Positions 32,245 through 56,109 of a stretch of 64,000 bases of DNA are shown here, piece by piece. Location: the NCBI RefSeq assembly GCF_009914755.1, contig NC_060941.1. One strand, given 5' to 3'. The notes under the pieces were generated by a model. The model saw only the letters and a list, made by a program, of their open reading frames with translations. It did no database searches and was not told the DNA's origin. Origin of the DNA: the human T2T-CHM13v2.0 reference genome, Homo sapiens. The position numbers and the translations under genes were made by a program. The stretch's first letter is position 1. Each line of letters begins with the position of its first letter.

Positions 32245-32378
32245 AAGAGAGGTTCCTGGACCAACAACCTAACTGAGAGCTTGTTAGAAATGAAGACTCT
32301 CAGACACCATCTCAAAGCTAGTGAATGGGAATCTGCATTTGAATAAGATCCACAGTAAAGTTTGAGACATAGTAACTT
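32245..32378. mobile_element. MER5-type DNA transposon remnant
   Basis: GAGAGCTTGTTAGAAATG...GAATCTGCATTT..AAGATCC...AAGTTTGAGA pattern. Confidence 0.65.
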
Positions 32379-32823
32379 AGGCCATTTCACAGGCTACCTC
32401 CTTGAGGAATCCGAAATCTTTTAATATCCCTGTAATGAGACAACGTTTTTCCTCTTTTGAACTCTTCATTCATTCTTTGCTGGTACTTCTCTCTGGGCAC
32501 TTTATTTCACCTTGAATTGTGGTTAATTATGCACAAGACTTAGTTTTCCTGTTAGGTTGTGAGGTCTTTGAAGGCAGTAACAGTGGAATCTCCACTTTGA
32601 TGAATTAGTTGGCTTGGGAACATTCACACACACACATACATACACGCACCCAAATCTAGGTGGTACTGGTGTTTTAGTTGATCCTCAGAATTTTGCAAGG
32701 ATTCAAATATAAATTGACTTTCAAATGTGAATGCCATGCATGGGCAAGATCTGTTGCAATTATTTTTACTTAATAAAACAAGCATACAACTATTATTTTA
32801 TGTCATGAAAGTCTTTAATATAA

Positions 32824-33122
<299 letters not shown>

Positions 33123-33230
33123 TGAGCCTGACTAATATAACTTTCTTTACCTTTGTCTGGTGCTGTGTGATAAGATTATATCTTCATCTGTAAATTGCAG
33201 AGTAGGAAGAGGGCTAGCCTAAATTATTTA

Positions 33231-34046
<816 letters not shown>

Positions 34047-34078
34047 TAACATGGCAAGACTCTGTTTCTACAAAATTA

Positions 34079-34201
<123 letters not shown>

Positions 34202-34518
34202 TTAGCTGTGATTGAGCCACTGCACTCCAGCCTGGGCATCAGAGTGAGACCCTGTCTCTCTCTTAAAAAAAAAAAAAGAAAGAAAGAAAGCAAATTACTT
34301 TGAAATTCCCACAAGAAATCAGTGTTCACTGCAGAAAAATATAAAAATTACACACAAGTCTCTCTATTCTCCCCATATCAATCCAATATTTCTACCAGGA
34401 GGTAACTGCTGATAACACTTTAGTATATTTCCTTCCTAAAGGACTCTTTCCTGGCCAAGAAATATACATACATATCATCATTTTTCATTTTTACTAGCTA
34501 CATAGCATTTCACCATAA

Positions 34519-34930
<412 letters not shown>

Positions 34931-35310
34931 TAAACTTTCAAAAGTTAATTTAAAAAAAAATTTTTTTCCCCAAAGGATTCAGGAATAAGAAATGCTCTTG
35001 GTACTATTCTTGCTACTCTGCATTTATAAAATTACCTTTCGAAATGTATAGCCTTCGAAGAACTGAGAGATCATCCCAATGGCTCTTAATTATCATCATT
35101 GTCATCATCATCATCATCCTATTTCTGGTTTTAAGAAAAAAAAAATATATGTATATATATTTTTTGAAATGGAGCCTTGCTCTGTCGCCCAGGCATGATC
35201 TGGGCTCACTGCAACCCCTGCCTTCTGGGTTCCAGCAATTCTCTGGCCTCACCCTCCGAGTAGCTGGGACTACAGGTACATGCCACCATGCCCTGCTAAA
35301 TGCCTCCTGA

Positions 35311-35752
<442 letters not shown>

Positions 35753-36381
35753 CAGGATTCAATTTTTATGAGGAAGTTAGAGTAGTCAAAATCATAGACA
35801 CAGAAAGTAGAATGGTGATTGCCTCGGCCTGGAGGGAGAGGGCAGTGGAGAGTTACTTTTTTTTTTTTTTTTTGAGATGAAGTCTCACTCTATTGCCCAG
35901 GCTGGAGTGCAGTGGTGCAATCTCAAGCACACTGCAACCTCCGCCTCCTGGGTTCAAGTGATTCTCCTGCTTCAGCCTCCTGAGTAGCTGGAATTACAGG
36001 TGCCTGACACCACGCCCAGCTAATTTTATATTTTTAGTAGAGACGGGCTTTTACCATGTTGGCCACGCTGGTCTCAAACTCCTGACTTCAGGTGATCCAC
36101 CCATCTCAGCCTCCCAAAGTGTTGGAATTATAGGCGTGAGCCACTGTGCCCGTCCAGAGTTACTGTTTAATGGGTACAGAATTTCAGTTTCTGGAGACAG
36201 GATGTGGTGATGGTTGCACAACATTATGAATGTATTTAATACCACTGAACTGTACATGTGGAAATAGTTAAGGTGGTAAATTTTACATGTATTTTACCAC
36301 AATTAAAAATGCATTTAAGGCCAGGTGTGATGGCTCACATCTGTAATCCCAGCACTTTGGGAGGCTGAAGTGGGCAGATTA

Positions 36382-36818
<437 letters not shown>

Positions 36819-36821
36819 CTA

Positions 36822-37134
<313 letters not shown>

Positions 37135-37280
37135 TCAAAAAAAAAAAAAAAAAAAGTCTGGTCTCATTGGCTCATGCCTGTAGTCCCAGCACTTTGGGAG
37201 GCTGAGGAGGGAAGATCTCTTGAGCCCAGGAGTTTGAGACCACCCTGGGCAACGTAGAGAGACTCTGTCTCAATTAAAAA

Positions 37281-37522
37281 AATATATATATATATACATA
37301 TATATGTGTATATATATACATATATGTGTGTATATATATGTGTATATATATATACATATATGTGTGTATATATATACATATATGTGTGTATATATGTGTA
37401 TATATATACATATATGTGTGTATATATATGTGTATATATATACATATATGTGTGTATATATATGTGTATATATATACATATATGTGTGTATATATATGTG
37501 TATATATGTGTGTGTATATATA

Positions 37523-37576
<54 letters not shown>

Positions 37577-37597
37577 CACACACACACATATATATAT
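37281..37597. repeat. Compound (TA)/(TG)/(CA) alternating purine-pyrimidine tract interrupting an Alu
   Basis: About 315 bp of TATATACATATATGTGTG-type units between an Alu left arm (~37160-37275) and right arm (~37610-37790). Confidence 0.93.
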
Positions 37598-38024
37598 TTG
37601 AAAAAAAAATCATCTCCACAAAGGATACAAAAATTTAGCCAGGCATGATGGCATGTGCCTGTGGTCCCAGCTATTGGGGAGGCTGAGGTGGGAGGATTAC
37701 TTAAGTCCAGGAAGCAGAGGTTGCAGTGAGCCATGATCATGTCACTGCACTCTAGCCTGGGTGACAGAGTGAGACCCTGTCTCAAAAACAAACAAAAAAA
37801 ATGCAGTTTTTAGACAAATACAATTTAAAATATTTGGAGATGTGATTGTAAATAGGTCTAAATAGGCTCAAAGTCCACTAAACGTGGTTGTTAAAATTTA
37901 TTAGATTCATAAATAGAATATTAAGATTTTTAACCTGAATTTGGAAGCATAAGGGAAAACTTGGATTTTAATGTGTAAGTCTAATAAACCAAATATTAAA
38001 AGGAAAAAGAATATGTTGCTTAAA

Positions 38025-38400
38025 ATTATCATAGGCAAGTGACAGAAAATCCCAGATTACAGTACTTTAAACAAGATAGAAGCTTATTTTTCTCACATAA
38101 AGTCCTCGGATAAGCAGTCAGGAGTGGTGTGACAGCTCCACAATCATCTGAAACCCAGGCTCCTTCTATCTTGTTGAGCCGCATCCTCAACCTGTGGCTT
38201 CCACCTCATGGCCCAAGGTGGCTGCTTAAGCTCAAGCCATCATGTGCACATCTCAGCCGGCAGGAAGTGGGGAAGAAGGGACCCCTACACACATATACTT
38301 CAAAGACCAGAACTTAGTCACATGGTCACTACCAATGGGAAAATATTTTGGAAGGCCCTGTGCCCAGCTAAAAAATAGCGGATTCTACTATTATATAGGA
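38025..38400. mobile_element. MLT1-family (MaLR, MLT1J/K-like) LTR remnant
   Basis: GCAAGTGACAGAAAA..TTAAACAAGATAGAAG.TTATTT.TCTCACATA; CCCAGGCTCCTTCTATCTT; CCTCATGG..CAAG.TGGCTGC; CTTAGTCACATGG.CAC. Confidence 0.7.
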
Positions 38401-39192
38401 AGACAGGAGCAGGGCACAGAGGCTCACACCTGTAATCCAGCACTTTGGGAGGCCAAGGCAGGTGGATCATTTGAAGTCAGGAGTTTGAGACCAGCCTGGC
38501 CAACATGGTGAAACCCCGTCTCTACTAAAAATACAAAAATTAGCCGGCCATGGTGGTGAGCACCCATAATCCCAGCTACTTGGGAGGCTGAGGCAGAATT
38601 GCATGAGCCTGGGAGGTGGAGGTTGCAGTGCGCAGAGATTGTGCCATCGTACTCCAGACTGGGCAACAGAGTGAGACTGTGTGCCAAACAAAAAAAAAAA
38701 AAAAAGAAGGGAGGAGCAGATATCAGGGTATGACAGCAGTCCCTGTAAAAGGTAAGCACATTTTTCATTTTTCATACATTTTACCTTCTGTTTCCCATTC
38801 CTTAATCAATAGCCTTTTAATGTCTACATTAATCTAACAACAACCTAAACCAATTTCCTGTTGTTCTTGATAGAGAAGAAACATAATTGACTTATGTCTT
38901 TTATATAATTGAAAACAATTAAATCTACTTCTAACTTCCCTTCTTTAGACAAAGTAGTTTCCTTTCTAGCTTGACTTGCTTCAAGTTTCCAAACCTTATT
39001 CCATCCTGAGATATTTCTCATCTTTTATTGATGTTGCTTTACTTTGGTCCCTAAGTTTGTTATCTCTTTTTCCTACAAAATTATACTTGTTTAAATTGAA
39101 TTGAATTGAAATATAGTGACTTCATCCTATACTTTCGTTTATTTACTTATTTAAATACTAAGAGTAAAGCTGAACAATTGATGGGTTTTTAA

Positions 39193-39430
<238 letters not shown>

Positions 39431-40999
39431 TAGCCAGGATGGTCTCGGTCTTCTGGCCTCGTGATCCGCCTGCCTTGGCCTCCCAAAGTCCTGGGATTAC
39501 AGGCGTGAGCCACTGCAGCCGGCCTGTCCTCCTTGTTTTTATTAAAAAGACGGATTTTTTTTTCTTTCTTTTTTTTTTTTTGAGACGGAGTTTCACTCTG
39601 CCAGCCAGGTTGGAGTGCAATGGCACGATCTCGGCTCACTGCAACCTCCACCTCCCGGGTTCAAGGATTCTCCTTTCTCAGCCTCCTGAGTAGCTGGGAC
39701 TACAGGTGTGCGCCACCATGCCCAGCTAATTTTTGTATTTTTAGTACAGACAGGGTTTCACCATGTTGGCCAGGCTGGTCTCGAACTCCAGACCTCAAGT
39801 GATCCACCTGCCTCACCCTCCCAAAGTGCTGGGATTACAGGCATGAGCCACCACACCCAGCAGAATATTTTCTTTTTACTCGTTATTTTTAAAGACTAGT
39901 CAGGTGAATCATAAAAGTTGCTAGCAAACATAATAAGGCATATTCAAGTGATTTGCATGGGGTAGTTAGAAAAAATGTACTGCTGGGATTACAGGCATGA
40001 GCCACAGTGCCCAGCAGTATATTTGGGAGGCGGGCAGATCACTTGAGTCCAGGAGTTCAGAGACCAGCCTGGGCAACATGGTGAAACTCCATCTCTACAA
40101 AAATTAGCTAGGTGTGGTGGTGCGCACCTATAGTCCCAGCTACTTGGGTGGCTGAGGCTGGAGGATTGTTTGAGCTTGGGGGTCAAGGCTGCAGTGAGCT
40201 ATGATCACAACACCGTGCAGAGCAAGACCCTGTTTCAAAAAAAAAAAAAAAAAAAGAACAAGAAAAGAAAAGAAAAAAATATATACTAACCAAAAATAAA
40301 AGAATGTACAAACTAAGGCTATGTGGCACTTGGGGCCGTCTCACATGAGAATGTGACATGGTGACAAGATTTCATCCAAAAACATGCTTTGGCAGAGGAA
40401 TGGTTTTTAGGGTTGGAAAAAAATTCCTCATTTTTCAGACAAGGGCACCAAGGCCCAAGGAGGTAAAAGCCTTTCCCAAGGTTTTCCACCCCAGTATCCT
40501 GGCATGAAGCCAGTTTGTGTAATTACATCTGGATCATGTCAAATTTTGTCTGGGAAAGTGCTATCTTAAAAAGTCAACTATAAAATCATATGTGCTGTAT
40601 TATCCTATTTTATGAGGGAAATGTACATATAAGTATATAAGAGACTGGAAAGGATGGTGACACTATTAATATGTCAGCAGTAGTTATTTTTGCACTGCAA
40701 GATTAAGGGAGGTTCAAGTTCTTTTTTCTTTTATGCATTTCTGGGTTTTCTAAGCTATCTCTATCCCAGCCTATGTTATTTGTGTCGTTAGAAAAAATAT
40801 TTAAAATATGCACTGTTGTATATTATTTTACCACAAATGGAAGAGATAGAGAAGGGTTGGAAAGTAGTTTTGGATATTTTTAAGTGGGTGTCATTATAAA
40901 CTGGAAGATGGCAATAAATAAGTGTATTCAGATATCTAAGCCAGTTAATAGTTTTGTCTGGGAAATTAAGAGACAGAGGGACAAATAGCACAGCCGTGA

Positions 41000-41284
<285 letters not shown>

Positions 41285-41384
41285 TGACCAGGCTGGTCTC
41301 AAACTTCTGACCTCAAGTGATCCATCTGCCTCAGCCTCCCAGACAGCTGGGATTACAGGTGTGAGCCATGGCGCCTGCCTGCAA

Positions 41385-42771
<1,387 letters not shown>

Positions 42772-43163
42772 TTAAATAAAATATTTTTTCTGTCCTATTA
42801 AATACTTCTTATGTTCTATTAAATACTTCTTATCAGACCTCATGAGTGCATCACCAAAGACACTTATTGAAGCAAATTCTGTGTGAATAGAATTGGCAAG
42901 TCAGTCACTGCAAAGCACTAGACAAGTATGAAAAATACTCCCATGTGGGAAAAACTGCTAAAAAATTAATTTCCAGATGGTCAAAGTTCAGGCTTGACTC
43001 ATGTGGAATTTTTTAAAAATCAAAAACACTGAAACTTGGAAAACCCAGAAAACTATAATTCTTATTAGTTGACTGAAATTACTAAGTAAACAAGCCACAG
43101 TATCGAAGAGCTCATTACTGTTACTGAAGAGCTCATTTTCAAGGAGAAATGTGTGCTGCAATT

Positions 43164-43182
43164 CTCCCAGAAGGTGGCAGCA
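43164..43182 (+). promoter_or_regulatory. Candidate CTCF site
   Basis: CCAGAAGGTGGCAGC matches core CCASYAGRKGGCRS with one mismatch, in non-repeat DNA. Confidence 0.5.
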
Positions 43183-44125
43183 GAAAGCTGTATACGACAA
43201 TATGATTTTTCAAATGAAGCGGGGGGATATCCTAAAGGCAGAAAACTGGAAAGCACTTTAGCTGACACAGAACACTCTCATTTTACAGATGAGAAAGCTG
43301 AGTTCCAAAGAGATTACCTGAGTTTCTTAGGCAAAATTCTTCATTGAAATAAATTCCCTGAGGCCGAGCATGGTGGCACACGCCTGTAATCCCAGCACTT
43401 CGGGAGGCCCGGGTGGGCAGATCACCTGAGTTTAGGAGTTTGAGACCAGCCTGGCTAACATGGTGAAACCCCATCTCTACTAAAAACACAAGAATTAGCC
43501 AGGCGTGGTGGCGCACGCCTGTAATCCTAGCTACTCAAGAGGCTGAGGCAGGAGAATCACTTGAACCTAGGAGGCGGAGGTTGCAGTGAGCCAAGATCAG
43601 CCATTGCACTCCAGCCTGGGTGGAAGAGCAACGCTCTGTCTCAAAAAAAAAAGAAAAGAAATAAATTCCTTGAGAGCTGGGAGCAATGGCATGCACCTGT
43701 AGTCTAGACCCAGCAACTCAGGAGGCTGAAAAAGGAGGATGGCTTGAGCCCAGGAGTTCTAGGCTATAGTGCACATAATTGTGCCTGTGAATACACTGCA
43801 AATTAAAACCTGGGAAATATAGCAAGACCCTGTCATAAATAAATAAATAAATAAATTCCTTGAAATATGTCACACTATGCAGATTTCACTATGCATATTA
43901 TGCTCAGTGTAAGCAAAATTATTTTTATTTTTGGAGACAGGGTCTTGCTCTGTCACTCAGGCTGGAGTACAGTGGCACAAATCATGGCTCACTGCAGCCT
44001 CAATCTTATAGGCTCAAGCAATCCTCCTGCCTCAGCCTCCCAAAGTGCTCGGATTACAGATGTGAGCCACTGTACCTGGCTGCAAATTTAATTAGACATA
44101 AAAATATAATATTAAGTTATGATAG

Positions 44126-44515
<390 letters not shown>

Positions 44516-44847
44516 TAAAAGCTCATATTACAAAACGAAGAAACACCAAAGCAGTGTTATAAAATTTGTGTTACATTAAAAAATTTATGTTTAATAAGTT
44601 AGAATTCCAAACCAAGGAATACATTGCAATATAACTGTGCCAGTCATAAGGTAATAATAGGACATATGAAATATTAATTCACAGGGCACTAAAGAAAGTG
44701 TGTGGGCTGGTATTGGGACATATGCTTAAGGCTGTATAATGAATATCTTCATTTCTTCTTTTTTTTTTTTTCAAAGCAACAACATAAAGTTGTAGGGATA
44801 TCTTCATTCTTGCTCATTTTTGAGACTGTTGTGCTCTCATTTGGAGA

Positions 44848-44855
44848 TGACGTCA
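44848..44855. promoter_or_regulatory. Perfect CRE palindrome TGACGTCA
   Basis: Exact 8-mer with intact CpG in a unique-sequence island. Confidence 0.35.
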
Positions 44856-44957
44856 AAGTTTGAATTTGATGACCCTTTGTGACAATGGGGGCTCAGCTAA
44901 GCAGCTCTCTGGACTCCCATTATAATAAGCTGTACATACTTTCTGATGTAATAGTAG

Positions 44958-45350
<393 letters not shown>

Positions 45351-45743
45351 TAGGTATTGTTCCTTTGTTAACGTTGGAAAATGGCCGAGGAAGCTAATGG
45401 GCTGCACGCAGCCAAAGGACATAGTGGCCCGGTACCCTTTGAGGTACCTGAGGAGCCTCAGTAAAACTTTACCCCGAAAAGGGCCATTTTCTCCTTTTAG
45501 CCACTTGCATAAAGAAGAATGATAGTTTACTATGTATTGAAATTGTCCATCACAAGTATTTTTTCTGAGGGTTATGGTCATCACACAGCACCACAAAGGC
45601 ATTAGGAAAAGAAGCAGTCTAGACAAGTCCAATCAAGTAGATGGACTTGGTGTTGACACTGAGCCAGATTTACAAATAAAGCCCAAACTTAAACAACAAC
45701 AAAAAAACTATATTGTTAGGAATGTCTTTTAAAATTACATTTA

Positions 45744-45860
<117 letters not shown>

Positions 45861-45887
45861 TTACCAAAAAATGTAAAAAATGAACTA

Positions 45888-46037
<150 letters not shown>

Positions 46038-46253
46038 TTATTAAATATTGAAGAGATCAAAATAATATTTGCAAAATATATAAAGTAATAAAGAATCATG
46101 ATACAATGGACCCTTATGTATTCCCCACCACTCATGTAAGAAACGTGAGGAACAACATCATTGTGAACTTTGAAGTCCACTGGGATTCCCTCCTAGGTCC
46201 CCTCCCTTCTTTCTCTCCTTGGAGGTAACCATTATCCTGAATTCATGTTTTTA

Positions 46254-46664
<411 letters not shown>

Positions 46665-47069
46665 TCACGCATGAAAAAAATGATTTAAGGCTGGGTGTGG
46701 TGGCTTATGCCTGTAATCCCAGCACACTGGGAGGCTGAGGCAAGAAGATCGCTTGAGCTTAGGAGTTTGAAACCAGCCTGGGCAACATAGCAAGACCTCG
46801 TCTCTACTGAAAAAAAAAAAAAAAAATTAGCCTGGCAGTGGTATGTGCCTATGGTCCCAGCAACTTAGGGTGCTAAGGTGAGAGAACAGCTTGAGCCCAG
46901 GAAGTCAAAGCTGCAGTGAGTTATGACCATTCCACTGCCCTCCAGCCTGGGCCACAGAGGGAAACCCTATATCAAAAATAAAATAAAGGGTCGGGCGCAG
47001 TGGCTCATGCCTGTAATCTCAGCATTTCAGGAGGCCAAGATGGGTGGATCCTCTGAGGTCAGGATTTCA

Positions 47070-47279
<210 letters not shown>

Positions 47280-47319
47280 TCAAAAAAAAAATTAAAAAAA
47301 GTAATTAAAAAAAACAATA

Positions 47320-51250
<3,931 letters not shown>

Positions 51251-51258
51251 GACCCCCC

Positions 51259-51959
<701 letters not shown>

Positions 51960-52219
51960 TAAAACTTACTAATTGTTCCTGATATATGGCATTCCAATAA
52001 ATGAATGTACCATGATTTATCCATTCTACTATTGAGGAATGTCTGAGTTGTTTACATTATTTTGTTATTATAAATAATGCTTTAATGTATATATTTTTAA
52101 AAGATCTCCTGGTGCAAGTGCAGAAGCATTTATCTGGGGTGTGTAGCTAAAAACAGAATTGCTGGGTCTTAGAAACTGAACATCTTCAACTGACAAACTG
52201 TTTATCAACGTGGTTGTAA

Positions 52220-52560
<341 letters not shown>

Positions 52561-53156
52561 TGATCCGCCCACTCGGCCTCCCAAAGTGCTGAGATTACAG
52601 GCGTGTGCCACCGCGCCTGTCCCATAGTTGTAAATTGTATCTCATTATTATTATTATTTAGAGTTGCTGTCACCGATGTTGGAGTGCAGTGTTACTTTCA
52701 TAACTCACTGTAACCTTGAACTCCTGGGCTCAAGTGATCCTTCTGCCTCAGCCTCCTGAGGAGCTGGGACTACAGATGCACACTGCCATGGCTGCCTAAT
52801 TCTTTTTGGTAGAGACAGTGGTCTCCCTACATTACCCAAGCTGGTCTCCAACTCCTGGCCTCAAGCAATCCTCCCACCTCAGCCTCCCAAAATGTTGGGA
52901 TTACAGGCATGAGCCACTGTACCTGGCCAATGATTTTTAATTTATATTTCTCTGATTACTACTTAGGTTGGGCATCTTTTTTGTATGTTTGGTTTGTTAG
53001 TCTTTGGATTTCCTTTTTTCTGAAGGATATACCCATGTCTTCCCATTTTCCCATTGTGTTGTCTTTTTATTGATTGTGCTTCTTTCTGTATCCTAGATAA
53101 TTTTTAGTCTCTTAATGGTATCTTTTCATGAACAGATGTTCTTTAGTATGAATGTA

Positions 53157-53226
53157 GTAGAATGTCTCAATCTTGGCACTATTGACATTTTGGGCTGGAA
53201 AATTCCTTGTTTTTTTTGTGTGTGTG

Positions 53227-53262
<36 letters not shown>

Positions 53263-53418
53263 TGTGTGTGTGTTGGGGGCTGTCCTGTATATTGTAGGAG
53301 GTTTACCAGCATCCCTGGCCTCTGTCCATTAGATACCAATAGCACCCTTCTGCCCAAATTATGATAACCAAAAATGTCTCCAGACATTGCCGAAAGTGCC
53401 CTGGAGAGCAACATTGCC
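53157..53418 (+). mobile_element. MER20 DNA transposon with internal (TG)n
   Basis: TCTCAA.CTTGGCACTATTGACATTTTGGGC...AGCATCCCTGGCCTCT..CCA.TAGAT.CCA.TAGCACCC...CAAAAATGTCTCCAGACATTGCC. Confidence 0.88.
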
Positions 53419-54330
53419 TTTCTGCCTCCTGTTTAAGAAATCCTCCACTATTCTGGTGGGGCGTGGTGGCTCACACCTGTAATCCCTGCACGTTGGCAGA
53501 CTGAGGTGGGCAGATCACTGGAGGTCAGGAGTTCAAGACCAGCCTGGCCAAGGTGAAACCCCGTCTCTACTAAAAATACAAAAATTAGCCGGGCATGGTG
53601 GCACATAGCTGTAATCCCAACTACTCAGGAGGCTGAGGTAGGAGAATCGCTTGAACCTGGGAGGTGGAGGATGCAGTGAGCCGAGATTGCATCACTACGC
53701 TCCACACTCTAGCCTGGGCGACAAAGCAAGACGATGTCTAAAAAAAAAAAAAGAAAGAAAAGAAAGAAAGAAAAAGAAATCCTCCACTATTCTGAGGTCA
53801 TGAAAATATTCTCTTTTATTATCTTCTAAAAGCTTTATGTTATTTTTCACTTTTCATATTTGGATTCCTGATTCACCTGGAACTGAATTTTGTATGTGGT
53901 GAAAAGTAGAGTTCGTTTTGTTTTTTTCTGTATAGATCCTCAATGTCCTAGTGCTATTTATTGCACTTATCTAACCACAAGCCCCCCTCTGTTATATGTC
54001 AAGTGGCATGGAGGCAGGTGTGTATTTCTGGGCTTTCTATTGTTTTCAGTGCTCTACTTTTCTGACCTTGCTCCAATATCACACTTCCTTAATCATTGTT
54101 GACTGTTAAAGAGGCTAGATCTGGAAAGGAAGTCCTTTTTTTTTGTCTTGGCTATTCCTGGTCTTTTGTACTTTCATTTACATTTTAGAATAAGTTTGTC
54201 AAATTCTTCACAAAATCTGTTGGGATTTTGACTGAGATTGCATTGAATCTGTAGATCAATTTAAGGAGAACTGACATTTTTATAAATGTGTATCTTGCAT
54301 TGCATGAACACAGTGCTCTATTTATTTTAG

Positions 54331-54688
<358 letters not shown>

Positions 54689-55705
54689 TGATCCACCTGC
54701 CTCGGCCTCCCAAAGTGCTAAGATTACAGGCGTGAGCCACTACACCTGGCTACTTTACTTTTTAAACTTTTTTTTTAGATTCAGTGTCTCACTGTGTTGA
54801 CCAGGCTGGTCTTGAACTCCTGGCCTCAAGCAATCCTCCCACCTCAGCCTCCCAAAATGCTAGTATTATAGGCATGAGCCAATGCACCCAGCTATAACTT
54901 TTCATTACAAAAAATTGTCAGTGTATATGAAAGGTGAAAGAACAGTACAATCAGCACACAAATACCTAGTTACAACAATTGTTAACATTTTATCATTTTT
55001 GCTTTGTCTATTTACCTTTACTTTTTTTTTTTTAATTTTAGAGACAAAGACTCACTCTGTTGCCCAGGCTGGAGTACAGTGGTGAAATCATAACTCACGG
55101 CAGCCTCAAACTCCTGGGTTCAAGGAGTGATCCTCCCACCTCAGCCTCCGGAGTAGCTGGGACTACAGGTGCATGACACTGTGCCTAGCTAATTTTAAAA
55201 TATTTTGTAGAGACAGGGTTTCACTATTATCCAGGCTGGCTTCAAACTCCTGGCCTGAAGCAATCACTCCCATCTCAGCCTTTCAAAAGGCTGAGGTAAC
55301 TGATGTCAGCCACCATGCCTGGCATCTGCCTGTTTATCTGTCAATCAATCATCTATCTTTTATATATACACACATACATATATACATTATATATCTATAT
55401 GGAGATGGAGTCTTGCCTTGTCACCCAGGTTGGAGTGCAATGGCATGATCTCGGCTCACTGCAACCTCCGCCTCCTGGGTTCAAGCGATTCTCCTGCCTC
55501 GGCCTCCTGAGTAGCTGGGATTATGGGCACCTGCCACCACACCCGGCTAATTTTTGTATTTTTAGTAGAGACGGGGTTTCACCGTGTTGGCCAGGCTGGT
55601 CTCAAACTCCTGACCTCAGGTGATCCACCCACCTCAGCCTCCGAAAGTGCTGGGATTACAGGCATGAGCCACTCAGCCGGCCATATATATATTTAAACCA
55701 TTTGA

Positions 55706-55708
<3 letters not shown>

Positions 55709-55745
<37 letters not shown>
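55709..55745. repeat. (TG)n microsatellite flanked by a 15-bp direct repeat
   Basis: AAACCATTTGAAAGT at 55695-55709 and 55749-55763. Confidence 0.9.
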
Positions 55746-55748
<3 letters not shown>

Positions 55749-56109
55749 AAACCATTTGAAAGTTTATGTATGTGTATATATATATATAAACACACACATA
55801 TTTTTATTGTCTATTTGATTCTTCCTTTTTATGCTTACTTTTTTCTTCTCTCTTCTTTTTGATCAATTACTTTTCATCACTTCATTTTTTTCTTATTTTT
55901 CCCCCTCTACTAGTTTGGAAGCTAAATATTCTATTTCTCATCTTTTAGTGGCTGACCTAAAAATTTATTGTGCATGCTTGACTTACCAAAATCCACAGTA
56001 AATCTTTATCCTTTTACCTTCTCCCATACACCACAATGGCCTTAGAACACTTGAACACCAATCGCTCACCTTCTGACTTCTATGCTACGGGCTGTGTATT
56101 TTATTCTGT

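Noticed and set aside
37164-37791. Multiple overlapping 90-170 aa ORFs rich in Y/I/H/T/C/V
   Set aside because: Translations of the TA/TG repeat and flanking Alu.
39891-39906. AAAGACTAGTCAGGTG resembles the reverse complement of a Y RNA 3' end
   Set aside because: Only about 16 nt with a mismatch, and no continuation or TSD. Cannot be supported.
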